A stretch of 64,000 bases of DNA from Raja brachyura. Lineage: Eukaryota. The notes beneath the pieces are model-generated. The model saw only the letters and a list, made by a program, of their open reading frames with translations, was not told the DNA's origin and did no database searches. Below, piece after piece: positions 34,934-46,240 of this stretch (position 1 is its first letter; each line of letters opens with the position of its first letter). Both the position numbers and the translations under genes were made by a program. The stretch spans positions 45,074,001 through 45,138,000 of the forward strand of contig OY740791.1 of NCBI GenBank assembly GCA_963514005.1, given 5' to 3'.

Positions 34934-37318
34934 ATGGCGTACCTACCGAGATTTGCCTTCACTGTGTTTGTTTGCATGTTTGCGATATGTGCACCGTATC
35001 TAATTTCCGGGCAAATTCGTTACTCTATTCCCGAGGAAATCGAGCAAGGGGCATTTGTTGGGAATATCGCTCAAAATCTGGGCCTGAACGTACGGCAATT
35101 GTCAGCTCGCAAATTTCGACTGAGCTCTGATAATGGCGGACGGTACATCAAGGTTAGTGCTGACAATGGAATATTGTCTATTCGTGAAAAAATCGACAGG
35201 GAACGTATTTGTGGAGAAGCGGATATGTGTATTATACCCTTCGAAATTGTACTGGAAAATCCGTTGGAGGTGTATCGCGGAAAAATAGAGATTCTTGATG
35301 TAAATGACAATCCCCCCACTTTCCCGCACGGCAGCATTGCCTTACAGATATCGGAAGCGAGTGCACCCGGTGTACGTTTCCGTCTCGAGAGCGCGGAAGA
35401 TCCTGACATTGGAATAAATACCGTGGCCGCCTACACAATCAGCTCCAGTGAGCACTTCAGTCTAAAAACACAGAAAACCGAAGATGGGTTTATAATTGCC
35501 GAGTTGTTGTTGGAGAAATCTTTGGATCGAGAACTGCAATCATCATTTCAACTCTTGTTTACTGCGACTGACGGTGGAACCCCTCAGAGGTCAGGCACAA
35601 CTCAGATTCACATTAATGTATTGGACATCAATGATAATCCACCAGTGTTCGACCATGATATTTACAGAGGGAGTATAATGGAGAACTCCTCCAAAGGTAT
35701 CTCGGTATTGCAAGTCAAAGCACACGATGTGGACGAAGGACAGAATGGGAAAATATCATATTCTTTTAGTGATGTTGCCGTGCTGAAGGTTCGTAATTTG
35801 TTCAGTTTAGACCCAGATACTGGAGAGATTCGAGTTGGCGGGCACTTGGATTTTGAAGAAACAAAGGTCTATTATCTAGATGTTCAAGCTACAGACCACG
35901 GCTCAGCTGCAATGACAGGACACTCCAAAGTGTTGATAAAAGTAATGGACGTAAACGACAATTCACCCGAGATACAAGTGACATCACCTTTCAATAAAAT
36001 CCCGGAAAATGCTCCGCCAGGAACTTTGGTAACGTTGATCAATGTTATGGATCGTGATTCTGGAGAGAACGGCCAAGTCCGCTGTTTGTTACCAAAGAAC
36101 ATACCATTTAAACTACAAACAGCATCGGATCATTACAAATTAATTACCAGTGAAATGTTGGACCGTGAAGCGATATCTCAGTATAATGTAGCTATTTCGG
36201 CATGGGACTTGGGGTCGCCTTCACTGTCCACAAATATAACCATCCAGATTACCATTTCAGACGTAAACGACAACGCCCCTTGGTTTGCTGAATCATCCTA
36301 CAATGTATATGTGATGGAGAATAACGCCCCAGGTGCGTCCATGTTCACAATATCTGCAATAGATGCTGATATAGAACAAAATTGCTATGTATCTTACTCC
36401 TTTGTGGATAATCACATAGAAAACTTGCCAGTTTCCGCTTACCTCAGCATCAACGCAATTAACGGGACCATTTATGGATTGCACTCCTTTGACTATGAGA
36501 AACTCAAACACTTCCAAACACAAGTTCAAGCCCGTGACGCAGGGGTGCCTCCATTGAGCAGCAGTGCTATGCTGAATGTGATCATCCTGGATCAAAATGA
36601 TAATGCTCCTATATTTGTTTTACCGCCAGGACAGAGTGGATCGGCAGCAATGGAGATCGTGCCCCGGTCAGCGGGTCAAGGGTACCTGGTCACCAAGATT
36701 ATGGCAACTGATGCAGATTCTGGTCAGAATGCTCGGTTCATTTATCAGATAGTGAAATCTACTGATCCCAGTTTGTACAACGTTGGGCAAAATTCCGGTG
36801 AAATTAGAACAGCGCGCAATATCCTACAGTCAGATATTTCTGTACAAACACTGGTCATCTTGGCGAAGGACAACGGGCAGCCAAGCCTCTCCAGTACGGT
36901 TACAATTAACATTAAAATATTGGAGAACAGCACTGAAGGAATCGCGGAAACAAGCATCTTATTGATTGATCCTGAATATTTCTCTGATCCAAACGTTTAT
37001 TTAATCGTCATTTTCAGTTGCACTTCCGTTGTCTTTCTTCTGATCATTATTCTGTTGGTTGGCATCAAGTGTAAACAAGACAGAAATAATATTCAAGAGT
37101 ATAACTCCCGCAGTTATTGTTACAATCGTGGGGATCCTCACGATATGTTTCAAGGAAGACCTGCCGTGGAGGAAACTTTACGCTATCCTGGGACAGGCCG
37201 GGTAGTCCGTGTTGCAGATATGAATCAATACTCGGTCTGTCTGTCTCCAGAGTCAGCGAAAAGTGATTTTCTCTTCTTGAAGCCATGCGGCGCTTCCACC
37301 TCTCAAGCTCAAAGCTAA
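34934..37318 (+). CDS. Clustered protocadherin gene 4
   Basis: Intact 794-aa ORF with the same architecture; ends ASTSQAQS*. AATAAA at 37481-37486. Confidence 0.95.
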   Translation: MAYLPRFAFTVFVCMFAICAPYLISGQIRYSIPEEIEQGAFVGNIAQNLGLNVRQLSARKFRLSSDNGGRYIKVSADNGILSIREKIDRERICGEADMCIIPFEIVLENPLEVYRGKIEILDVNDNPPTFPHGSIALQISEASAPGVRFRLESAEDPDIGINTVAAYTISSSEHFSLKTQKTEDGFIIAELLLEKSLDRELQSSFQLLFTATDGGTPQRSGTTQIHINVLDINDNPPVFDHDIYRGSIMENSSKGISVLQVKAHDVDEGQNGKISYSFSDVAVLKVRNLFSLDPDTGEIRVGGHLDFEETKVYYLDVQATDHGSAAMTGHSKVLIKVMDVNDNSPEIQVTSPFNKIPENAPPGTLVTLINVMDRDSGENGQVRCLLPKNIPFKLQTASDHYKLITSEMLDREAISQYNVAISAWDLGSPSLSTNITIQITISDVNDNAPWFAESSYNVYVMENNAPGASMFTISAIDADIEQNCYVSYSFVDNHIENLPVSAYLSINAINGTIYGLHSFDYEKLKHFQTQVQARDAGVPPLSSSAMLNVIILDQNDNAPIFVLPPGQSGSAAMEIVPRSAGQGYLVTKIMATDADSGQNARFIYQIVKSTDPSLYNVGQNSGEIRTARNILQSDISVQTLVILAKDNGQPSLSSTVTINIKILENSTEGIAETSILLIDPEYFSDPNVYLIVIFSCTSVVFLLIIILLVGIKCKQDRNNIQEYNSRSYCYNRGDPHDMFQGRPAVEETLRYPGTGRVVRVADMNQYSVCLSPESAKSDFLFLKPCGASTSQAQS

Positions 37319-39041
37319 ATTACGCTGATGTGTAGTACAAAGGAACATAATTTTTAAAAATGCGGCCATTTTTTCTGCGCAGAAATCTGAATCAGTGCTA
37401 GTGAAATATTTGAGAAAACATTCCATTGTTGCTTTGTTCTCTTTCGCTTTATGGAAGTACGGTTGGTGTAATTGTGAAAAAATAAATAGCTCCTGCAACT
37501 GGAATGAAAGTATCTTGAAATTGTGTCTGTTAATTCCGAAGGGAGACCTTCTGCTAGTCATTGGATAACATGCACGAATTAGTTGCCATTTAAGGGATTG
37601 CGCGTATGATGTGGTTGTCTGAATCCAGTTACAAGTTGAAGTATTAATGTATGAAAATTGCAGTGAAAAGATTCCCGATCGCGTAACGATACGTTCCATT
37701 AGAATTGTAGATAAGTGTTCGTACAAAAATGCCCAAGCACAAATAGCTGGCGCAGGAAATAAATCAACCCATATATTTGAATGACAAGTGATTGCAGATG
37801 CTGAGGTCGTGAGCACAACTTACCAGAGGAACTCCGCGATTCAGGCCGCACCTGCGGAGCCCAACCAGCCCAACTTTTAGGGTCGAGCCCTTCGTGAGTA
37901 CAGGAGAGGAAAGTTGTTGGTAGATATAGACGAGGGAATGGCATAGGCTAAATGATAGCAAGTGGTAGTTTGGATTCAGGTGAGGAGGGCATTTTGGCAG
38001 TTCATTCATGGGGAGGAGAGCATACGTTGAGCAGAACAGGCTGACTCTCCATTCTTAGATTAGACTGAATGTTACGATGTCTTGCTGATGCGGAAGGGAA
38101 GCGGAAAAGCGACGTTGTCTATGGTAAACTGAGGATTGGCATGGAATTTGTAAGTTGAATAAGTGGTGAGGTGTTTACTGATGGACAGGTAAGGGACCGG
38201 ACAGGGATGGGGATTCGGCGATAGACTCGAGGTATGAGCATATGAGTTCAGTTGTGTAACTGTAGGCTAAAATCAATGGGCCAAACGAGGTAGTCCTGCC
38301 TATGGATCTCGGATAGGAGGCGCTTGAAACACTGAGCACGTTGGGCTGCACATATTAGGAAAGGTCTAATTCTGTTGAGAAACGGGCATTTTGGCACACT
38401 GAGGAAATGGTTAAGGCACGTTATTCTGGAAGAAGAAGACAGATGAGGAAGGCATTAATAGACTATATATATCTATGAAAGGGAGATAATAAACGAGTGA
38501 CTGTAGTAGCAGGCGTAACCGTGATGTTCAAATTGTGTTTTTTTTGTGAGATGTAAGGTACTGCCAACACACCCAGCAATCGCGTAGGGATATGTTCACA
38601 GTGGCTTCTCCCCGCCTGTGTTGCTGGGGAGAACAACAATAATGTTTCCCTATTTGTCATCGTCCACTCTCTAGCTTTCACATTCAATGCAACTTACCAC
38701 AATTCGAAATATATTTCGTCAGTGAGCACGGATTATCTTCCTCTACCTGTTTAGTAGTTCAAAAGTATGTGGCCTTCATCAATCCCTGTTGCGATCTTCT
38801 GACCCTTCCGATCACTCACCGTCCTTTGGAAGTTTTCCATGAAACCACAAAACGTGTAACGCTCTTTCTTTTACCAAATCCTTTCCAGGACCCAAAATTC
38901 TTTCAGGTGAAGCAGTGGTTTGCTTGCTCTTCTGTCAATATAACGTTAGTATTTGGCCTTCCCAAAGTGATAACACTGTATTGGAGACGTTGAAAGAGGG
39001 TTGTGCCATTGTTTTGTAAAGCACATGCCTACAGTCTGTAG

Positions 39042-39130
39042 TAGGATCTCGACCAGAAACATCACCCATTCCTTCTCTCCAAAGTTGCTGCCTGTCCCGC
39101 TGATTTACTCCAGCATCTGTGTCTATCTTC
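39042..39130 (+). mobile_element. Short Penelope tail insertion with apparent target duplication
   Basis: GGATCTCGACCAGAAACATCACCCATTCCTTCTCTCC...GCTGCCTGTCCCGCTGATTTACTCCAGCA, flanked by ACATGCCTACAGTCTGTAG and ACGTGCGTGCAGTCTGCAG. The empty site is seen at ~2479-2500 and ~9755-9778. Confidence 0.7.
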
Positions 39131-39378
39131 ACGTGCGTGCAGTCTGCAGGAATTAAGGTGATATTTCTGTTTGCATAACATTTTTATTCACAATTTCAGT
39201 AAAAGTTAACCTTTTTGTCTCTGCATTCCAGCAGTGTTGGAACAAGGACAGAGCAAAAGCGCGCGATTGAAAAACTGAACTTCATCTTCCATATCGACAA
39301 GTTGGAACCCTCTGGAACTCAGCACTGTTGTCTGTTATCATTTCGGTTCGGTTTCCACTATTTTCAATTGAGATGTAG

Positions 39379-39745
39379 AAACACTAGAAAATCGGTGCAG
39401 GAGGAGGCCCTTTGGCACCGCCACTCATTGTCATAATGGCTGATCATCCACAATCAGTAACCCGTGCCTGCCTTCTCCCCATGTACCTTGATTCCGCTAG
39501 CCCATAGAGCTCTATCTAACTGTCCTTTAAATTCATTCAGTTAATTGGTCTGCATTGCCTTCTATCGCAGAGAATTCCACAAATTCACAACTCTCTGAGT
39601 GAAAAAGATTTTTCTCATCTCAGTTTTAAATGGCTTCCCCTTTATTCTTTGACTATGGCCCCTTGTTCGTGACTCCCCCAACATTGTGATTTTTTCCCCC
39701 TGCATCTAGCTTGTCCAGTCCTTTTATAACGTTATATATTGCTAT
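39379..39745 (-). mobile_element. CR1 LINE 3' end fragment (paralogous copies at 45850-46182 and 57002-57360)
   Basis: Reverse complement of the CR1 3' end seen at ~48920-49290 (GGACTGGACAAGCTAGATGCAGG ... CTCCTGCACC ... TTTCTATG). Confidence 0.8.
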
Positions 39746-41479
39746 AAAAATAGAGCATAGAAACACACCCTTCGACACACCGCGTCTACGCTGATAATAA
39801 TGCTTATCTACATTTATTCAACACTTGCATATTTTACATATCCGTCAATTCCTTGCATTTTCACATTACCGTTAAGTACCTTTGACGCACTTGCGTTTTC
39901 CTGTCTCGACCACCTATAGCGCCGACTCAAACCAGATGTAGTTCTTCCTTTCAGACATGATGAGACTGCTGGACCGCTTTAAATCTCCTCCCTCTGATGT
40001 TAAAATTACATCTTCTACTTTTGGACGTCCGTACCATTTGAAATGGCAACTGCCCAACCCGTGCCTCTCATGATTGAATATATCGCTCTCATGACTTCCC
40101 TCAACGGTGTTCACTGCAGATAAACCAGTTCTCGCCTATACAATCTGTCATGCTAACGTAACCCCTCCGATCCTGGCAACGTTCTTGGAGTCTGGCTTTC
40201 TCCCTGTCTGGCTTAAACAAACCCTTTCTGCAGTGTGCTGCATAGACCTGCACAGAATAATTCAAATCCAGCCAATGCAAAGTTTTGTTCAACTAAAACT
40301 CAATTCTTGCATTCAATACCGTTGCTATGGTAGGCGACCATGTCATATGCCTTCATCACATCCCTGCCTACACGTGATCCCATTTACTCCAAAATAACTT
40401 TTCTTTTACCACACATCCACATCAGTTTGTTAACAGGAACATGTCCAATTCCCTTGCTATTAGCCATGTATTAAATAAGCTATTACAGAATCAATGAAGC
40501 ATAGTTTGTCCTAACAGCTCCATCAACCACTGCGTATATTTGTCTCCTTTATTGCCATCCTCACCTACTGTAAAACACTTATTTTCATTCGTTCACAGTA
40601 CTTATATAGGATCTAAGACGTGAAGCGATAATTTGATTACCTTCCTAAGGTGATATTTGACTCGGTGAGTGTCTTCAGCAATTGCTAAATCACGATAGCA
40701 GCTTGTTTCGTGTTTGGTGGAAGAATGGTTCCCAATCTCACCTATGGTTTTTCGAGATGATTTTGATTTTTTGCAGGTTTTATTACAAATGTTGGATTGA
40801 TATTTATTTTAGGATTTTATTTTTTGCTACTTTCGCGTGGTTCGGTCATTGTAATACCTCCTCTGCTGTTAGGGGATATTAAAATATAAATCCCGGAGCT
40901 AAATGGAGAATGTCGTCCAATAGGCATCTATTTGACCTTTGGCGGCATCAGAAATCTTCGCAAATCTTGCAACCAATGGAGAACATGACCAATGCAATTT
41001 TTTTTGATTAACTTTGTATCAGCTGCAACTTTCCCACATTTGTAAGTTCCCGGGATCATGCCCGACTTTGAGCATCCATTGTAAACTCCAGTAGCAGAAA
41101 TGCAACAACAGTTGTCTGAACACATTACAAATCAACGTTCACTGAAAAGGCCATTTTACACAGTAAGTATAGTACCAAGAGATTAGTGTTAACGAGGGCG
41201 CATTTTAAACGAACAACCACCTGCAAATCGATGGGTAATCAAGTCATTTATTTGCAATTTTCAATAACGGAACCATTGGATTGGAAAAAAATGAAACGTA
41301 GATTCACAAAGGAAATAATAATTCAAAAATTCATCAAATTTCCCGCGCTCAACCGGACACAAATACCTATGTTCCATGCTTCCCCTAATATCCGTCCGGG
41401 TCTGCGGGTTATGTGCCTGTGAAACTGCTGCATGCAAGATTTATTTTGCAGCAATCCTTCCCCCTACTTTTGCCTGTGT

Positions 41480-41615
41480 CAGCTTTAAGAATTGTAGCTA
41501 CAATTGTCGAAAAGAACTGGTCGTGTCGCTGTCTACCAATGAGAAGCTCAAGTGCGCAGATGGATCCATTGCCCCGCCCACATCCCAGAATAAAAACGTC
41601 AGACGCGACGAGAGA
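41480..41615 (+). promoter_or_regulatory. cPcdh CSE promoter, gene 5
   Basis: AAGAACTGGTCGTGTCGCTGTCTACCAAT; CGCT at 41527-41530; intact. Confidence 0.85.
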
Positions 41616-41785
41616 GACCAGCAGTGCCTGCGTTTGTATTGCGGAATCAATGTTGGGAGGAAAATATCCCGACTGTTTCGATTCTGTATTTAGATTTTAT
41701 ATGTATATTTAAATCTTGTGCTTGGAACATTTTACGGATTACTCGAGGAGAGGCCTGGTTTTGCACATTGACTGAGCGCGGCACA

Positions 41786-44167
41786 ATGGCGTACCGCCCG
41801 AGGTTTGCCTTCACTTTGTTTGTGTGCATGTTTATGAAATGTGCACCTGGTCTAAATTCCGCGCAATTGCGTTATTCTATTCCCGAGGAAATGGCGCAGG
41901 GGGCATTTATTGGGAATATCGCCGAGGATTTGGGGCTGAATGAATGGGAATTGTCTGCTCGCAAATTACGACTGAAGTCCGATAATGGCGGACGTTACCT
42001 GAAGGTTAATTTGGAGAATGGAATATTGTCTCTTCGTGAAAGAATCGACAGGGAACGTATTTGCGGACAGGACGATAAGTGCACTATACCTTTCGAAACA
42101 ATACTGGAAAATCCTTCGGAGGTGCATCGCGGAAAAATCGAGATTTTTGATGCAAATGACAATGCACCCACTTTCCCGCACAGCAGCATTGTCCTCCAGA
42201 TATCGGAAGCGAGCGCACCCGGTGTACGTTTCCGTCTCGAGAGCGCAGATGATGCTGACATTGGAATAAATACCGTGGCCGCCTACACAATCAGTTCCAG
42301 TGCGCACTTTAGTCTAAAAACACAGAATACCGACGACGGGTTTATAATCGCCGAGTTGTTGTTGGAGAAATCTTTGGACAGAGAGATGCAATCATCATTT
42401 CAACTCTTGTTTACTGCGACTGACGGTGGGACCCCTCAGAGATCAGGCACAACTCAGATTCTCATTTCTGTATTGGACTTCAATGATAATCAGCCTGTGT
42501 TCGATCGTGATATTTACAGGGGAAGCATAAGCGAGAACTCCACCAAAGGTACCTCAGTGATGAAAGTCAAAGCACACGATGTGGACGAAGGACAGAATGC
42601 TAAGATAACTTATTTGTTTAGTGATGTTGCGGTGCGAAAAGTTCGCAATTTGTTCCGCTTAGACCCAGATACCGGGGAGATTCGCATTGAAGGGCCCTTG
42701 GATTTTGAACAAGCAAACGGCTATGCTCTAGATGTTAAAGCTGTGGACCACGGCTCGCCTGCAATGACTGGACACTCCAAAGTGCTGATCAAAGTAATTG
42801 ATGTGAACGATAATGCACCCGAGATAGAGGTGACATCAGCATCCAACAAAATCCCGGAAAATGCCCCTCCAGGAACTTTCGTAACGTTGATCAGTGTCAT
42901 GGATCTAGATTCTGGAGAGAACGGCCAAGTCCGCTGACAGATCCCAAATAACATTCCATTTAAACTACAATCAGCGACAGATCATTACAAATTAATTACC
43001 AGTGAACTGTTTGATCGTGAAGTTATATCTGTGTATAAAATACTTATTTCAGCTTGGGACAAGGGGTCGCCATCACTGTCCGCAAATATAACTATTCAGA
43101 TCACAATTTCAGATGTTAATGATAACAGTCCACGGTTTGCTGAATCTTCCTACAACATTTATGTCATGGAAAACAATGCTCCGGGTGCGTCCATTTTCAC
43201 AGTAACTGCAACGGATCCTGATCTGGAGCAGAATTCTTATGTTTCCTACGCTGTTCTGGAGAATCAAGTCAAAAACATGCCGGTGTCCACTTACCTGACC
43301 ATTAACTCGATGAACGGTACAATTTACGCGCTGCGCTCGTTTGACTATGAAAATCTCAAAAACTTCCAGATACACGTCCAAGCCCGTGACGCTGGGGTGC
43401 CTCCGCTGAGTAGCAGCGCCACGGTGAATGTGATAATCCTGGATCAAAATGACAACGCTCCGATAATTGTTTCACCTTCGGAACAAGGTGGATCAGCAAC
43501 AGAGGAGATCGTGCCCCGGTCAGTCGGTCAAGGGTACTTGGTCGCAAAGATAATGGCAACTGATGCAGATTCTGGTCAGAATGCGCGGCTCTTTTATCAG
43601 ATGGTGAAATCTACCGATCCCAGTTTGTTCAACGTTGGGCAAAATTCCGGTGAAATTAGAACTGCGCGCAATATTTTGCGGTCAGATGCTACTGCACAAA
43701 CTCTGGTCATCTTGGTTAAGGACAATGGGCAACCAAGCCTCTCCAGCGCCGTTACATTGAACATTAGAATTTTGGAGAACAGCACTGAAGCAATGTCTGA
43801 AAGTAGTACCTTAGTGAAAAATCCGGGGGGGTTTTCTGATCCAAATGTTTATTTAATCGTCATTTTCAGTTGCACGTCTGCTGTCTTTCTTCTGATCAAC
43901 GTTCTGTTGATTGGCATCAAGTGTAAACAGGACAGAAGTATTATCCAAGGGTATAACTCCCCCAGTTATTGTTACAATCGTGGAGATTCACAGGGCACGT
44001 TTAATGGAAGAACCGTCATGGAGGAAACTTTACGCTATCCTGGGACAGGCCGGGTAGCCCGCGTGCCGGAATCGCATCAGTACTCGGTATGTCTGTCTCC
44101 AGAGTCAGCTAAAAGCGATTTTCTCTTCTTGAAGCCATGCGGAGCTCCTCTCTCTCAGGCTCAATGA
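41786..44167 (+). pseudogene. Clustered protocadherin gene 5 with a single in-frame TGA in EC4 (42935-42937)
   Basis: CGC TGA CAG versus CGC TGT CAG in gene 6. The frame is otherwise open to 44167 (ORFs 41624-42937 and 43031-44167 share a frame). Confidence 0.85.
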
Positions 44168-44699
44168 TGGGAATATTTAATGAATGGCCACTTTATATAA
44201 ATCCATTATTATATACAAATATATGAATGGTTGTGTATGTAACATTTCAGTAAATAAAAACTTCTGTCTGAAGGAGTGGTTGGATCCGAAATGTAGCCTA
44301 TGCACCCCCCCCCCCCCCTTCGGTTTTTCATGTCTGTGCAAAGATGGGCCAGTCGGTGTATTGGTCGAAATTAACATTCTCATGAAATGCAATCCAATCT
44401 TCCAATAGTGTCACCGATTTTCTCTGCCGGGAATCTTACTATTTGCAATTGAATGGGCGTACAGAAATTGAATGGGCGTACACAAATGTAAGAATGGTAC
44501 AAATGTTATTTATTCAATTACGCGAATGATCGTTCTATCTGGATCTAATTGGTTGCTAATGTGTTAATATTGGAAGATTTCAATCAGAGCATTCATCGAT
44601 AAGACAACCCATAGCATAAAAAGTTAAAATTATAAACCGAGACATTTCAAATGAAGACAACATTATTGAATACAATATGGTGATGCTGGAATCTTGTTG

Positions 44700-44921
44700 G
44701 TGGGGGTGGGGGGGAAGGGTCGCTCTGGTATTTTAATTGCTCTGGTATTTTAGTTCATTCACATGTTTAAACTGTAATGTTTTATTCTTTATGTTTTAAT
44801 GTTTTATGCTTCATTCTTAATTGTTAACTGAATGTCGTGTTGTTAGTTGCGATCGGAGCACCAAGGCAAATGCCTTGTATGTGTACATACTTAGCCAATA
44901 AACTTATTCATTCATTCATTC
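44700..44921 (+). mobile_element. LINE-type 3' tail fragment ending AATAAA..(TTCA)n (paralog 55826-56061)
   Basis: T-rich UTR-like sequence ending CAATAAACTTATTCATTCATTCATTCA. Confidence 0.55.
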
Positions 44922-44924
44922 AAA

Positions 44925-45140
44925 ACGTCAGAGACCCCGGTTCAATCCTGACCACGGATGCTGTCTGTACGGAGATTGTACGCCCCCACCTGTGACCGCG
45001 TGAGTTTCCTCCGAGTACTTCGGTTTTCTCCCACATACCAAAGACAATTATGTTTATACATTAATTAGCTTCCGGAAATTCCCTCCAGAGTTTAACATGC
45101 GAAAGTGGAATAGCATATAACTATTGTGCGGGTGATCTGA
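44925..45140 (+). mobile_element. tRNA-derived V-SINE (HE1-like), 5'-truncated (paralog 56066-56280)
   Basis: B-box GGTTCAATCC followed by the V-domain-like GTGACCGCGTGAGTTTCCTCCGAGTACTTCGGTTTTCTCCCACATACCAAAGAC. Confidence 0.75.
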
Positions 45141-45142
45141 AA

Positions 45143-45342
45143 ATGATTCTGGATAAAAAATGACGAACCACCCATAACGGATTCGCCGTCAGTATGGAGA
45201 GAACAAGCGGCATTGAAGATCTCGCCGCAACCTGCGAGTCAGGGGTACTTGGTCATGACGATTATAGCAACTGGAGGAGAAACATGTCAGAACACATGGC
45301 TCATATCAGGTGGAGTGGTCTACTGATCCTAGTTCGTTCAAC
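45143..45342 (+). pseudogene. Heavily eroded protocadherin EC5-EC6 relic (paralog 56283-56485)
   Basis: Aligns by eye to the ILDQNDNAP...GQGYLV.KIMATDADSGQNARL.YQ.VKSTDPSLFN codons, e.g. GTCAGGGGTACTTGGTCATGACGATTATAGCAACTG and TCTACTGATCCTAGTTCGTTCAAC. Confidence 0.75.
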
Positions 45343-45344
45343 TG

Positions 45345-45630
45345 CTAGTTCGTTCTTGTTCATCCTGTTCGGCCTACTTGCTCCATTCTTGGTATCCACA
45401 TATCCCCTCGCTATCACCATTTTCACGGACAACAAATGGCCAGTGATGGCTTCTCCTATCCTTTGTCATTGGTGTTGGCTCTGATTTGTTCTGAACCTTT
45501 TCATACCTCTAGTTTCCCTCTCTCTCAACTCTCAGTCTGAAGAAGGGTCCGATCCGAAACGTCATCTATTCGTTTTCGCCAGAGAATCTGCTTGACCTGC
45601 GGAGGTACTCCAGCATGTGCATCTATCTTC
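45345..45630 (+). mobile_element. Penelope pseudo-LTR fragment with hammerhead-like core (paralog ~56490-56772)
   Basis: TCAGTCTGAAGAAGGGTCCGATCCGAAACGTCA...TGACCTGCGGAGGTACTCCAGCA. Confidence 0.7.
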
Positions 45631-46240
45631 ACAGATATGTGCGTACAATCTGCAGGAATTACGCTGATATTTCTGTTTGTATAACATTTTTATTCACAAT
45701 TTCAGTACGTTAACGTTTTTGTTTCTGACTTCCAGGACAAAACAAAGGCGCGCGATTGAAAAACTGAACTTCATCGTCCAAATGGACATTGGAACCCTCT
45801 GGAACTCAGCAATGATGTCCGGTTTTTCACTATTTTGCATTGAGGTGTAGAAACATAGAAAATAGTTCTAGGAGGAGGCCCTTTGTGATCATAGCTGATC
45901 ATCCACAATCAGTAACCTGCACCTGCCTTCTTCCCATATCCCTTTATTCAGCTACCCCTTAGAGCTCTATCTAACTCTTTTAATTTCATCCAGTGAATTG
46001 GCGACCACTGCCTTCTGTGGCAGAGAACTCCACAAATTCACAACTTTCTGAATGAAGAGGTTTTTTTGTCATCGCAGTTTTAAATGGCTTGCCCTTTCGC
46101 CTGTGGCCCCTGGTTCGGAACACTCCGAACATTGGAACATTTTAGCTGCATCTAGCTTGTCTAGTCCTTTTATAATTTTATCTGTTCTTCTTTTCAGACA
46201 TGATGAAACCGCTGGAATCCTTTAAATCTCATCCCTCTGA

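Noticed and set aside
41624-41785. 54-codon N-terminal extensions of genes 5 and 6 (also 52719-52880) and 6-codon extensions of genes 1-3
   Set aside because: They start at GTG/TTG, an artefact of the ORF caller's alternative start codons. The ATG in (A)CAATGG or TAATGG context precedes a normal signal peptide in all copies.
42935-42937. UGA at a Cys position as selenocysteine
   Set aside because: No SECIS was recognised in the 3' flank and a single transversion explains it. Kept only as a check under the gene 5 finding.
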